Origin: Rhodanobacteraceae bacterium
Lineage (GTDB): Bacteria; Pseudomonadota; Gammaproteobacteria; Xanthomonadales; Rhodanobacteraceae
Direction of reading: 5' to 3'
Length of the DNA stretch: 64,000 nucleotides
Assembly: GCA_035699085.1 (NCBI GenBank)
Contig: DASSBG010000004.1
Span: 50,281 to 114,280, forward strand
The notes beneath the pieces are model-generated. The model searched no databases. It saw only the letters and a list, made by a program, of their open reading frames with translations, and had not been told where the DNA came from. A program made the translations under genes and the position numbers. Position 1 is the first letter of the stretch. Every line of letters begins with the position of its first letter. Below are positions 34,060 to 43,871 of this stretch, one piece after another.

Positions 34060-35025
34060 CTACATCGATCCTTCTGCCGCCACCGCGGCCACCATGGCTG
34101 CGCCGTCCTCGTCAGCCGCATCGGGCGTGGCCATGGCGCGGATCCGCTCCAGCCGCATCCGCGTGCCGGAGCCGAAGCGCAGGCGCTGGAGCAAGTCGTC
34201 CAGCCGAGCCGCCTGCACCGGCTGCCGCCGCAGCTGGTCCGGCGCACACGGTACCGGTGCATCCAGCGCGATTGCAGTCAGTTGCTGCGCGAGGCGGGCA
34301 TCGGCCGTGTGCCGGCGCAGCTTGTCCGCGATGCCCGCCGCGCCGCGCAGGCGCAGGTACGGCACCTCGTCGATGCGCTCGAGCAGCGCGTCGAGGCTGC
34401 CAAAGTGGGCCAGCAGCGCGGCGGCAGTCTTGGCGCCTATGCCGGGCACGCCGGGGATGTTGTCGATGGCATCGCCAGCCAGCGCCAGGTAGTCGACCAC
34501 CTGGTGGGCGTGCACGCCGAGCCGGTCGAACACGCCGGCGGCGCCCCAGCGCTGGCCGCGGGCGAAATCCCATTGCTCGTCGCCTTGGCCCAGCAGCTGG
34601 CCGAAATCCTTGTCGGCCGAGACGATGACGCAACCGTAGCCATGTTCACGCATGGCGCAGGCGACGCTGCCGATCAGGTCGTCGGCCTCGTAGCCCACGT
34701 CGGCCAGTACCACGAAGCCCAGCGCCGCGGCCAGCTCGCGGCAGTACTCGAACTGCAGCGACAGGTTTGGCGGCGCCGGTGCGCGGTTGGCCTTGTAGGC
34801 GGGATAAATCGCGTTGCGGAACGAACTGGCCAGCGAGACATCGAAGGCCATCACCGCGTGGCTGGGCCGGGCGCGCTCGAGAAAGTCGAGCAGGAAACCG
34901 CAGAAGCCCTGCACCGCGTTGACCGACTCGTCGCGGTGGTCGAAGAAGCGGTCCGGCATGGAATGCCAGGCGCGGAACACGTACATGCTGGCGTCGACCA
35001 GGTGGATGCGCTTCACGGGCTCCAT
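34060..35025 (-). CDS. 5'-3' exonuclease / flap endonuclease (Pol I N-terminal domain-like)
   Basis: IHLVDASMYVFRAWH...AFDVSL..SFRN.IYPAYKANR...GYEADDLIGS...SADKDFGQL...GVPGIGAKTAA. Confidence 0.9.
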   Translation of the reverse strand: MEPVKRIHLVDASMYVFRAWHSMPDRFFDHRDESVNAVQGFCGFLLDFLERARPSHAVMAFDVSLASSFRNAIYPAYKANRAPAPPNLSLQFEYCRELAAALGFVVLADVGYEADDLIGSVACAMREHGYGCVIVSADKDFGQLLGQGDEQWDFARGQRWGAAGVFDRLGVHAHQVVDYLALAGDAIDNIPGVPGIGAKTAAALLAHFGSLDALLERIDEVPYLRLRGAAGIADKLRRHTADARLAQQLTAIALDAPVPCAPDQLRRQPVQAARLDDLLQRLRFGSGTRMRLERIRAMATPDAADEDGAAMVAAVAAEGSM

Positions 35026-35582
35026 GTGCTTGCCTTGTCTGCAATGCGCGGCCGCTCGCGTTCCTTTCCGTCCATCTGCGGCGTGCCGATGTGGACAAAG
35101 CCGATGATGCGCTCGCCCTCGTCAAGGCCGAAGATGCGCCCGGCGTCGGCGTCGTAGGCAGCCCAGCCGGTCAGCCACTGCGCCGCGAAACCCAGCGCCT
35201 GCGCACCCAGCAGGAGGTTGTAGCCGACGCAGCCGGCCGACAGCAGCTGTTCCTGCTCCGGGATCTTCGGATGGTCCGGTTGCAGCTGCGCGATCACCGC
35301 GATCACCAGCGGCGCGTGACGGTAGCGGTCGCGGTCCTTCATGGCCTTCGCCGGCGCCAGGTTCGGATCCTTGCGCAGGTGCAACTCCGTCAGCCGCCGG
35401 CCCAGCTCGAGCTTCGCCTCACCCTGCAGCAGCAGCAGCCGCCAAGGCTGCAGCTTGCCGTGATCGGGCACCCGCAACGCCAATTGCAGCAGCGCGTCGA
35501 GCTGCTCGCCCCGTGGCGCCGGCTCGCCAAGCTGCCGCGCCGGTACTGAAAGGCGCCGGCCAAGGAATTCAAACGCAGACAT
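35013..35582 (-). CDS. nitroreductase family protein
   Basis: ORF 35013..35801 trimmed to MSAFEFLGRRLSVPARQL...RVPDHGKLQPWRLLLL. The upstream part of the ORF is translated heptamer repeats. Confidence 0.85.
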   Translation of the reverse strand: MSAFEFLGRRLSVPARQLGEPAPRGEQLDALLQLALRVPDHGKLQPWRLLLLQGEAKLELGRRLTELHLRKDPNLAPAKAMKDRDRYRHAPLVIAVIAQLQPDHPKIPEQEQLLSAGCVGYNLLLGAQALGFAAQWLTGWAAYDADAGRIFGLDEGERIIGFVHIGTPQMDGKERERPRIADKASTWSP

Positions 35583-35665
35583 GGGGGAAGTGTAGCAGTG
35601 GGGTGAAGACCTGACCTGTGAGACGGGTGCACGTCTGTTGCGGTGCCAAACGTTGATCGGCAAGC

Positions 35666-36014
35666 GGTGAGCGGTGAGCCGGAAACACGCAGGGCTCGTC
35701 GGAGCGGCTCCTCCGATTCCCGATTCTCCATTCCCCATTCCCGCGAAGCGGCGCCAAGCGCACCCGCTATCGCGTTTCACCAGACCACCACCGCCGTCCA
35801 CATCGGGTTACGGCCTGCGGCCTGACTCGACCTGCGGCGTCACAACCGGCCTCGCACCTGTGGGTCGGCTGGCATCGCAGCTGCGGAATCCGACATGGCC
35901 GCTTTGCCAGTCCCCGGTCCCTGGTCCCTGGTCCCCGGTCCCCGTTCGTGCCCTCAACGCACGATCGGGTTACCCTGCTCTCCGATTCCCCCCTTCTCCA
36001 TTCCCGATTCCCGG
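35666..36014. repeat. cluster of heptamer arrays plus a REP-like hairpin in a divergent promoter region
   Basis: (GGTGAGC)2 at 35666-35679. GATTCCC-type array at 35714-35743. REP-like TCGGGTTACGGCCTGCGGCCTGACTCGACCTGCGGCG at 35803-35839. (GTCCCYG)n at 35911-35944. GATTCCC-type array at 35984-36014. Confidence 0.85.
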
Positions 36015-36022
36015 CTCAAACC

Positions 36023-37126
36023 ATGCCCATCACTGTTGCCGCGTTGCGCGAGGCCGAGAGCGGCGAACGTCGTGTCGCCATCACGCCGGAGACCGCCAGC
36101 AAGCTGAAGACTCGCGGCGTGCAGGTGCTGCTGGAGCCCGAGCTGGGCGAGCCGGCGGGTATCCCGGACCAGGCCTACGGCGCGGTCGCGTGGGCCGACG
36201 CCGATGATGTCGCCGCGCGCGCCGACGTGCTCTTGTGTGTGCGCCCGCCGGCGCCCGTGCTCGCGGCTCGGCTGCGCCGGGGCGCGTGCGTCATCGGACA
36301 GTTGCAGCCGCGTGCCGACGAGGCGCGCCTGCAGGGCTGGGCCGAGCAGGGGCTCAGCGCTTTTGCGCTGGAACTGCTGCCACGCATCACCCGCGCCCAG
36401 GCGATGGACGTGTTGTCGTCGCAAGCCGCCGTGGCGGGCTACCGTGCGGTGCTGCTGGCTGCGGCCGCGGCGCCGAAATTCTTCCCGATGCTCACCACCG
36501 CCGCCGGCACCATCCGGCCCAGCAAGCTGCTGGTGATTGGCGCCGGCGTCGCCGGGCTGCAGGCCATCGCCACGGCGCGGCGGCTGGGCGCGCAGGTCGA
36601 GGGCTACGACGTGCGCAGCGAGACCCGCGAGCAGGTGCAGTCGCTGGGCGCTCGCTTCCTCGATCTCGGCGTCAGTGCCGCCGGCAGCGGGGGCTATGCC
36701 CGCGAGCTCGCCAGCGACGAGCGCCAGCGCCAGCAACAGGCGTTGGGCGAGCACCTGCGCGGTATCGACGTGCTGGTGACGACTGCGGCGGTGCCCGGCC
36801 GCCCGGCGCCACGGATCGTGACGGCGGCGATGGTCGACGGCATGCGTCCGGGCGCGATCATTGTCGACACGGCGGCCGAAAGCGGCGGCAACTGCGAGCT
36901 GACGAGGCCGGGCGAGACGGTCGAGCATGGCGCCGTGACCATCCTGGGGCCGCTCAACCTCGCCGCAGGGGCGCCGCTGTCGGCAAGCGAGATGTACGCC
37001 CGCAACCTGCTGAATTTCCTCGACCTGATGCTCAAGGACGGGGTGCTGGCGCCGGATTACGGCGACGAGTTGCTTGCGGCGACTGCCGTGGTGCGCGAGG
37101 GCAAGTTGAAGGGCGTCGCCGGCTGA
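36023..37126 (+). CDS. pntAA: NAD(P) transhydrogenase subunit alpha part 1
   Basis: ORF trimmed to MPITVAALREAESGERRVAITPE. Rossmann motif VIGAGVAGLQAIATARRLGA. Confidence 0.93.
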   Translation: MPITVAALREAESGERRVAITPETASKLKTRGVQVLLEPELGEPAGIPDQAYGAVAWADADDVAARADVLLCVRPPAPVLAARLRRGACVIGQLQPRADEARLQGWAEQGLSAFALELLPRITRAQAMDVLSSQAAVAGYRAVLLAAAAAPKFFPMLTTAAGTIRPSKLLVIGAGVAGLQAIATARRLGAQVEGYDVRSETREQVQSLGARFLDLGVSAAGSGGYARELASDERQRQQQALGEHLRGIDVLVTTAAVPGRPAPRIVTAAMVDGMRPGAIIVDTAAESGGNCELTRPGETVEHGAVTILGPLNLAAGAPLSASEMYARNLLNFLDLMLKDGVLAPDYGDELLAATAVVREGKLKGVAG

Positions 37127-37135
37127 GTGGTGGCC

Positions 37136-37657
37136 TCAGCGGCGCGACCGGCGGCCGCCGTCGTCGCCGCGGTCGTGCCCATGGCCGTTGCCATTGCGCG
37201 CCGGCGCCCGCGACTGCGGTGGCGCCCGCTGACCGTCGTGCCGCTCCAGCCACTCGTGGCGCAGTTCCTGGCGGCGCGTCGGCGGCAGCGACTGGTAGTA
37301 CTGGTAGGCCCGCCGCACGCGCTGGCGCTGCAGCGGGCTCATGCGCTTGAACTCCTCGCGGCGCTGGCGCACCTCCGCGCGCTGGCGCGGCGACATCTGC
37401 CGCCAGCGATGGCTGCTGGTGCCGTGCTGTGCGGCCTGCGGCGCCGTGTGCGGCGGGGGCGCCCAATGGCCGGATCCCGCATTGCGCATGTGCGCCGTGT
37501 GGCGGTGCGCGTGCGAGCTGTGCGTTGGCGGCGGCATGGCCGCGGCTGTGGCCGGCACGGCCAGCACCGCAATGGTCGCCAGCGTCACCAGCAGCAACCC
37601 GTTCCGCCAGCGACGGTCGGTGCTGCGGGCCTGAACCCTGGATGGCCGGAGTTGCAT
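37136..37657 (-). CDS. DUF3106-like secreted protein
   Basis: Trimmed to MQLRPSRV with a signal anchor. Repeated motif MSPRQRAEVRQRREEFKRMSPLQRQRVRRAYQYYQSLPPTRRQELRHEW. Confidence 0.7.
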   Translation of the reverse strand: MQLRPSRVQARSTDRRWRNGLLLVTLATIAVLAVPATAAAMPPPTHSSHAHRHTAHMRNAGSGHWAPPPHTAPQAAQHGTSSHRWRQMSPRQRAEVRQRREEFKRMSPLQRQRVRRAYQYYQSLPPTRRQELRHEWLERHDGQRAPPQSRAPARNGNGHGHDRGDDGGRRSRR

Positions 37658-37659
37658 CG

Positions 37660-38049
37660 TCAATGCCTCATGTTGCCTTGGGCCACCGCCGGCTGCGACG
37701 CCAGCCAGCGGTAAAAGTCGAGGTCGCTGTAGAGGGCCACGTCGGCGTCGTCCGGCGGCGTATCGGTGGCTGGCGTCGAGGCGTTTGCCGGTGTCACGTG
37801 GGCCGGCTGCGCGCTGCCACCATGCATGCCCGGCTGGTACCAGACCACCGCCAGCGCCAGCGCGCACACCGCCAGCGCCCCGGCCGGCAGCAGGGCGAAA
37901 CGCGTCGCCCGTCGAGGCACCGGCCCTGCCAACGCCTGCGCGCGAGCGTTGCGCAGCCGGATGGCGGTGCGCGGATCGAGGTCGGCGCAACTGCGCGCAA
38001 ACAGCGCGCGCGCCTGCCGTTCGAATGCCTGGTCGGCGGTCTTGTTCAT
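37660..38049 (-). CDS. DUF3619-like membrane protein (putative anti-sigma partner)
   Basis: Trimmed to MNKTADQAFERQARALF with a single TM (LLPAGALAVCALALAVVWY). Its ATG overlaps the sigma-factor stop by 4 nt. Confidence 0.65.
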   Translation of the reverse strand: MNKTADQAFERQARALFARSCADLDPRTAIRLRNARAQALAGPVPRRATRFALLPAGALAVCALALAVVWYQPGMHGGSAQPAHVTPANASTPATDTPPDDADVALYSDLDFYRWLASQPAVAQGNMRH

Positions 38050-38663
38050 TGCCAATCCTTCATTTCGTCTCGCAAGGCGTGCATGGCACGCGATAAATGG
38101 GTCTTGACGCTGCCTTCCGAACAGCCCATGGCGGCGGCCGTGGCAGCACCGTCCAGTCCGTTGAGCGTGCGCAGGGTGAAGGCTTCGCGTTGGCGGCGGG
38201 GCAGGGCGCGCAAGGCCTCCCCCAGTCGCTCCATCGCCTTGGCATCCTCCAGTTGCTGCGCGGGCCCCGGTCCCTGGTCCGCCGGCTCCCAAGGGGGCGG
38301 CGCGTCGCCGCCGGGGTCCGGCGTGCCTTGCAGCCAGCCAACCACCACCGAGCGCACCTTGCGCCGCCGGTGCATGTCGGTGATGCGGCGGCGCAGGATG
38401 CTCCAGAACAGCGGCTTCCATTCCTCCGCCGGCCGCTTCGCATAGCTCTGCGACAGGCGCATCATTGCGTCCTGCACAGCGTCGAGCGCGTCGTCGGGAT
38501 TGCCCAGCGCCAGTTGCGCACTGCGAAACCCCGGCCGCTCGACCGAGGCCAGGAAGGCGTCCATGCTCTGCGCCTGCGGCTGTGCCAGATCCTCGGCACC
38601 GGGCATCGCCGCGGACAGGCAATCACTCATCTGGCGACGTCGCTCATGTCGGTCCTCCGTCAT
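38046..38663 (-). CDS. ECF-type RNA polymerase sigma factor
   Basis: Region 2 (DALDAVQDAMMRL...FWSILRRRITDMHRRR) and region 4 (LPRRQREAFTLRTL.GLD...AAAMGCSEGSVKTHLSRAMHALR). The start could instead be 38630. Confidence 0.88.
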   Translation of the reverse strand: MTEDRHERRRQMSDCLSAAMPGAEDLAQPQAQSMDAFLASVERPGFRSAQLALGNPDDALDAVQDAMMRLSQSYAKRPAEEWKPLFWSILRRRITDMHRRRKVRSVVVGWLQGTPDPGGDAPPPWEPADQGPGPAQQLEDAKAMERLGEALRALPRRQREAFTLRTLNGLDGAATAAAMGCSEGSVKTHLSRAMHALRDEMKDWQ

Positions 38664-38746
38664 ATGCTTGCCATGGGTAACGCGACAGCCCGGCGCCGGT
38701 TGACTATGATGGCACGGCACGGGCAACTTTCTGACCCGGAGACGGC

Positions 38747-39051
38747 ATGCTCGACGGATTCGTGGCGCTGTACCTGTTCATGCTGGCGGCCTTCACCGGC
38801 TACGAGATCATCGCGCGGGTGCCGGTGATCCTGCATACGCCGCTGATGTCCGGCTCCAACTTCATCCACGGTATCGTCCTGATTGGCGGCATGATTGCGC
38901 TGGGGCATGCGCACACGCCGCTGGAGATCGCCATCGGCGTGATCGCGGTGCTGCTGGGGGCCGGCAACGTGGCCGGCGGCTACGTGGTGACCGAGCGGAT
39001 GCTGGAGATGTTCAAGTCCAGCAAGCCAGGCAACGGCCGGGGCGACGCCAA

Positions 39052-39055
<4 letters not shown>
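38747..39055 (+). CDS. pntAB: NAD(P) transhydrogenase subunit alpha part 2
   Basis: 102 aa with three TM helices (HTPLMSGSNFIHGIVLIGGM). Confidence 0.9.
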
Positions 39056-40464
<1,409 letters not shown>

Positions 40465-40469
40465 GGAGC

Positions 40470-40613
40470 GGGGATCAGGGATCGGGTATCTGGTTGGGGA
40501 TTCGGATTTCCACCTGCGCAGGGGCCCGCGGCAGCGTCGGGTTACGCGCCTGCGGCGCTGACCCGACCTGCGGCTGACGTTTATTGCCTGCGGGTCCCGG
40601 CTTGTCCGGGTCA
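40470..40613. repeat. heptamer array plus REP-like hairpin
   Basis: GGGGATCAGGGATCGGGTATCTGGTTGGGGATTCGGATTTCC at 40470-40511. GTCGGGTTACGCGCCTGCGGCGCTGACCCGACCTGCGGC at 40536-40574. CGGGTCCCGGCTTGTCCGGGTCA at 40591-40613. Confidence 0.85.
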
Positions 40614-41057
40614 GAGGCGCTTCCGCGGGCGCCACGCCAGCCAGGCAGTGATGGCGGCGAGCGCGGCGCCGGCCAGGAACCAGCCGTAGTCGGCCGGTTG
40701 CAGCGCCAGCCGCGCCGCCTGCGACAGCAGGTCGGCGCCGGCGCTGCGCAGCGCGCCGATCAATCCGATACCGAGTGCGCCGCCGATACGGATCGCTGCC
40801 AGCAGCACCGCAAAGTATGCCGCCGCCAACAGCGTCGCCAGTGCCGCCAGCAGGGCGGCCAACCAGCCTCGGGGCGCAATCCAGGCCCGCATCACCAGGC
40901 CCAGCGCCAGCCCGAACGGCAGCGCCAGCCAGGCGGTGTCGGGTACGCGTCCGCCGTGCTGGGCGTAGACCGCCAGCACCATCCACACTGCGCCGGCTGC
41001 CAGGCCCAGCGCCGCAGCGCAAACGATTGCGAAAAGCATGCCCAGAGCGCTGCGCAT
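40611..41057 (-). CDS. hypothetical integral membrane protein
   Basis: ORF 40611..41378 trimmed to MRSALGMLFAIVCAAALGL. Four predicted TM segments. Start uncertain. Confidence 0.55.
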   Translation of the reverse strand: MRSALGMLFAIVCAAALGLAAGAVWMVLAVYAQHGGRVPDTAWLALPFGLALGLVMRAWIAPRGWLAALLAALATLLAAAYFAVLLAAIRIGGALGIGLIGALRSAGADLLSQAARLALQPADYGWFLAGAALAAITAWLAWRPRKRL

Positions 41058-41295
41058 CGGGCTGTCGGCGTTGTCTGCATTTGCCACGGTCACGCATGCT
41101 CCTGTTCGGCGGTGGATTCTTCCCGCGGGCTCGGGCGATGCGCGACGGCAGGCTCGTGTGCGCCGCGCTCGCAGCGCGCGACGGCCCGGCCAATCATAAC
41201 CTGCGCAATCATCGCGTTGACCTGCGACAAGCGGCGCGGCCCGGCTGCCGTCATAATGGGCGGCCCGACAGCGACGATCACCACCGCGAAGCGCC

Positions 41296-41850
41296 ATGAG
41301 CTTCAGCCTCAACAGCGAGCCTTTCACCCTGCAACGCGACTGCGCGGCCGTGCTGGTGCCCGCCGGCGACCAGGTCACGCTGCCCGCGGGGCAGATCGGT
41401 TACATCACCCAGGCACTCGGCGGCAGCTTCACCGTCTACGTCGAGGGCAACCTGTTCCGCATCGTCGGCAGCGACGCCGACGCGTTGGGCAAGGATCCGC
41501 CCAAACCCATCGAACTGCCGCCCGATGCGGGCGACAAGGATGTCGAAAAGGCGGTCTGGGACCAGCTGCGTACCTGCTTTGATCCGGAGATCCCGATCAA
41601 CGTCGTCGAGCTGGGGCTGGTCTACGATGTCAGCGTCGAGCACCGCGACGATGGCACGCGCAGCGTCTACATCAAGCTGACGCTGACCGCGCCCGGCTGC
41701 GGCATGGGCGACATCCTGGTCGACGACGCGCGTACCAAGGTGGAAATGATCCCGACGGTCGAAGAGGCCGACATCGACTTGGTCTTCGACCCGCCCTGGA
41801 ACTACTCGATGATGTCGGACGCGGCAAAGCTCGAGACGGGGATGCTGTGA
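41296..41850 (+). CDS. SufT-like Fe-S cluster assembly protein (DUF59 domain)
   Basis: VWDQLRTCFDPEIPINVVELGLVYDV...LTLTAPGCGMG is the DUF59/MIP18 signature. The N-terminal extension is typical of SufT. Confidence 0.8.
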   Translation: MSFSLNSEPFTLQRDCAAVLVPAGDQVTLPAGQIGYITQALGGSFTVYVEGNLFRIVGSDADALGKDPPKPIELPPDAGDKDVEKAVWDQLRTCFDPEIPINVVELGLVYDVSVEHRDDGTRSVYIKLTLTAPGCGMGDILVDDARTKVEMIPTVEEADIDLVFDPPWNYSMMSDAAKLETGML

Positions 41851-41955
41851 GGCGGTGAGCGGCGGGCCGCGGCGGTCTGCGGTGCGGTGAGCGGTGAGCG
41901 GAAGAGCGCCGCGGCGCGCAGGTTGGCGGTGAGCGAAGCGAACCCCAACACGCCA
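41851..41955. repeat. GGTGAGC-type arrays plus the left copy of a 35-bp inverted repeat
   Basis: GGCGGTGAGCGG and GGTGCGGTGAGCGGTGAGCGG lie between 41851 and 41901. AGGTTGGCGGTGAGCGAAGCGAACCCCAACACGCCA at 41920-41955. Confidence 0.85.
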
Positions 41956-42008
41956 TGCCTGCGCTCGCGCAAACGCCGACACGTGAGACGCGTGCTGCCG
42001 ATCCCGGC

Positions 42009-42494
42009 TCAGGTCGGCTCGAAACGGTTCGCCTCTCGATTCTTTCGCACGTGGGCGGGGTCCCAGATACGGCCATTCATCGCGATCCAGACGCCGTCGG
42101 GAAGGCTCTGAACGGCGCCGACCGCGCAGCCGATGTTGAACACGGCGTCGGAGCCGTCGAAGCGCGCCGGATTCAAGGCGCCGGTCAGCACGATCACCTT
42201 GCCCTCGATCGAAGCCAGCTCGCGCGCGGTCTCCACCATGGTGTCGGTGCCGTGGGTGACCAGCACGTGGCGATGTGGCTGCGCCTCGATGGTTCGGCTG
42301 ATCAGTTCGCGGTCACCAGCGTCGATGTCGAGGCTGTCCTTGCGCAGGATCGGCAGCAGGTCGAAGCGGAAGCCGACGCCGAGCTGCGTGAGGATGTCGC
42401 CGATCTGCGGCGCGCCGATCTGGTAGTCGGACTTTGCATCGAAGTAGACCTTGTCGATGGTGCCGCCGGTGGTGACGATGCTGAGGTGGTGCAT
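42009..42494 (-). CDS. asparaginase-domain protein (short, 161 aa)
   Basis: Trimmed to MHHLSIVTTGGTIDKVY (the asparaginase TGGTID active-site motif), then HGTDTMVETA. Confidence 0.8.
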   Translation of the reverse strand: MHHLSIVTTGGTIDKVYFDAKSDYQIGAPQIGDILTQLGVGFRFDLLPILRKDSLDIDAGDRELISRTIEAQPHRHVLVTHGTDTMVETARELASIEGKVIVLTGALNPARFDGSDAVFNIGCAVGAVQSLPDGVWIAMNGRIWDPAHVRKNREANRFEPT

Positions 42495-42555
42495 GGCGGT
42501 CGGCCTGGTGAGGGGCGAGCCGCCTAGTCTAGCGGGCTGTGCCCTGCGCGGCAGC

Positions 42556-42711
42556 GGGACCTCGGGATCTCGGGACGCGGGGCTCGGGGTTCGGGGTTCG
42601 GGACAGGACACGGGACTGGGGACCCGGGACCCGGGACCCGCAAGGGCACTGGCTCGGCCTCTGCGTGGGTGCAGGCTGGCGTGTTGGGTTCGCTTCGCTC
42701 ACCGCCAACCT
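42556..42711. repeat. G-rich heptamer array plus the right copy of a 35-bp inverted repeat
   Basis: GGGACCTCGGGATCTCGGGACGCGGGGCTCGGGGTTCGGGGTTCGGGACAGGACACGGGACTGGGGACCCGGGACCCGGGACCC at 42556-42640. TGGCGTGTTGGGTTCGCTTCGCTCACCGCCAACCT at 42678-42711. Confidence 0.9.
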
Positions 42712-42717
42712 TTGCAC

Positions 42718-43128
42718 TCAGCGGCCGCCACCGATCAGGTGCACCGGACGCGGGCGCTTCCAGCGCAGCAGCAGCCACAGCAACAGCAGGGGCAGCGGCA
42801 GCCAGTAACTGGCCTTTGCGACCGGCGCGAGTGCGCCATGCGAATCTGCGAACAACGTGTCAAGTGCAGTTGGCGGGTTCGCCGCGACGGCGGGGTAGGC
42901 GTCGCCGAAGCTGGCGCTGGCCAGAGCCGTCGCGACGCTGGTGACGCCCGGGATCCAGTTCGCGAGGCTGCGGCCGAGGACAATGTAGGTTTCTGCCAGG
43001 GGAGATTCCAGCCGCGCCTGGGCCTGCACCGCCGGCTGCTCGATCGCAGCGCCGCCGAGCGCCAGCACGTCGAACAGCAACGTGGCAAAAAACAGGATGC
43101 CGCAGATGATGTGCGCGCGTGCTTTCAT
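42718..43128 (-). CDS. hypothetical membrane protein
   Basis: 136-aa ORF with an N-terminal TM (IICGILFFATLLFDVLALGG) and a C-terminal TM (YWLPLPLLLLWLLL). Confidence 0.5.
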   Translation of the reverse strand: MKARAHIICGILFFATLLFDVLALGGAAIEQPAVQAQARLESPLAETYIVLGRSLANWIPGVTSVATALASASFGDAYPAVAANPPTALDTLFADSHGALAPVAKASYWLPLPLLLLWLLLRWKRPRPVHLIGGGR

Positions 43129-43233
43129 GGGTGGATCCTCCGCCGCGGAGTATCATGCGCGGTGGCGCTTGCGTAAAGGCCTCGGCGGCCATATTTCCCC
43201 GCTGTCAGACGCTGCAACCCACGGAGTCCAGCC

Positions 43234-43854
43234 ATGTCCAGCCCCAGCCTTGCCGCTGCACGCGAGCCATTGCCCGGCCGCAGCGAACCCATGCCGATCA
43301 ACAACCGGCACTACGTCAATGGCCACCCGATCAAGGGCGACTTCCCCGGGCTCGAAAAGGCGCAGTTCGCCATGGGCTGTTTTTGGGGCGTGGAGCGGCT
43401 GTTCTGGCAGCTGCCGGGTGTCTACACCACGGCCTCGGGCTACGCCGGGGGCAGCACGCCCAACCCGACCTACGAGGAGGTTTGCAGCCATCGTACCGGC
43501 CATGCCGAGACGGTATTGGTCGTTTATGACCCGGACGAGATCGGCTACGACGAACTGCTCACCGTGTTCTGGGAAAACCACGACCCCACCCAGGGGATGC
43601 GCCAGGGCAACGACATCGGCGAGAACTACCGCTCGGCGATTTTTGCCGTCACGCCGGAGCAACGCGCCGCCGCCGAACGTTCGCGCGATGCATACCAGCA
43701 GCGCCTCCGCGAGGCGGGCCTGCAGCCGGTGACCACCCAGATAGAGGATGCCGGCCCCTTCTACTACGCCGAGGACGAGCACCAGCAGTACCTGGCGAAG
43801 AACCCGTCCGGCTACTGCGGCATCCACGGCACGGGCGTGCGGTGCGTGGGGTAG
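43234..43854 (+). CDS. msrA: peptide-methionine (S)-S-oxide reductase
   Basis: [26 protein letters not shown]...NPTYEEVC...GHAE.V.VVYDP. Confidence 0.96.
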   Translation: MSSPSLAAAREPLPGRSEPMPINNRHYVNGHPIKGDFPGLEKAQFAMGCFWGVERLFWQLPGVYTTASGYAGGSTPNPTYEEVCSHRTGHAETVLVVYDPDEIGYDELLTVFWENHDPTQGMRQGNDIGENYRSAIFAVTPEQRAAAERSRDAYQQRLREAGLQPVTTQIEDAGPFYYAEDEHQQYLAKNPSGYCGIHGTGVRCVG

Positions 43855-43871
43855 GGGAGGCGGGAGGAGGC

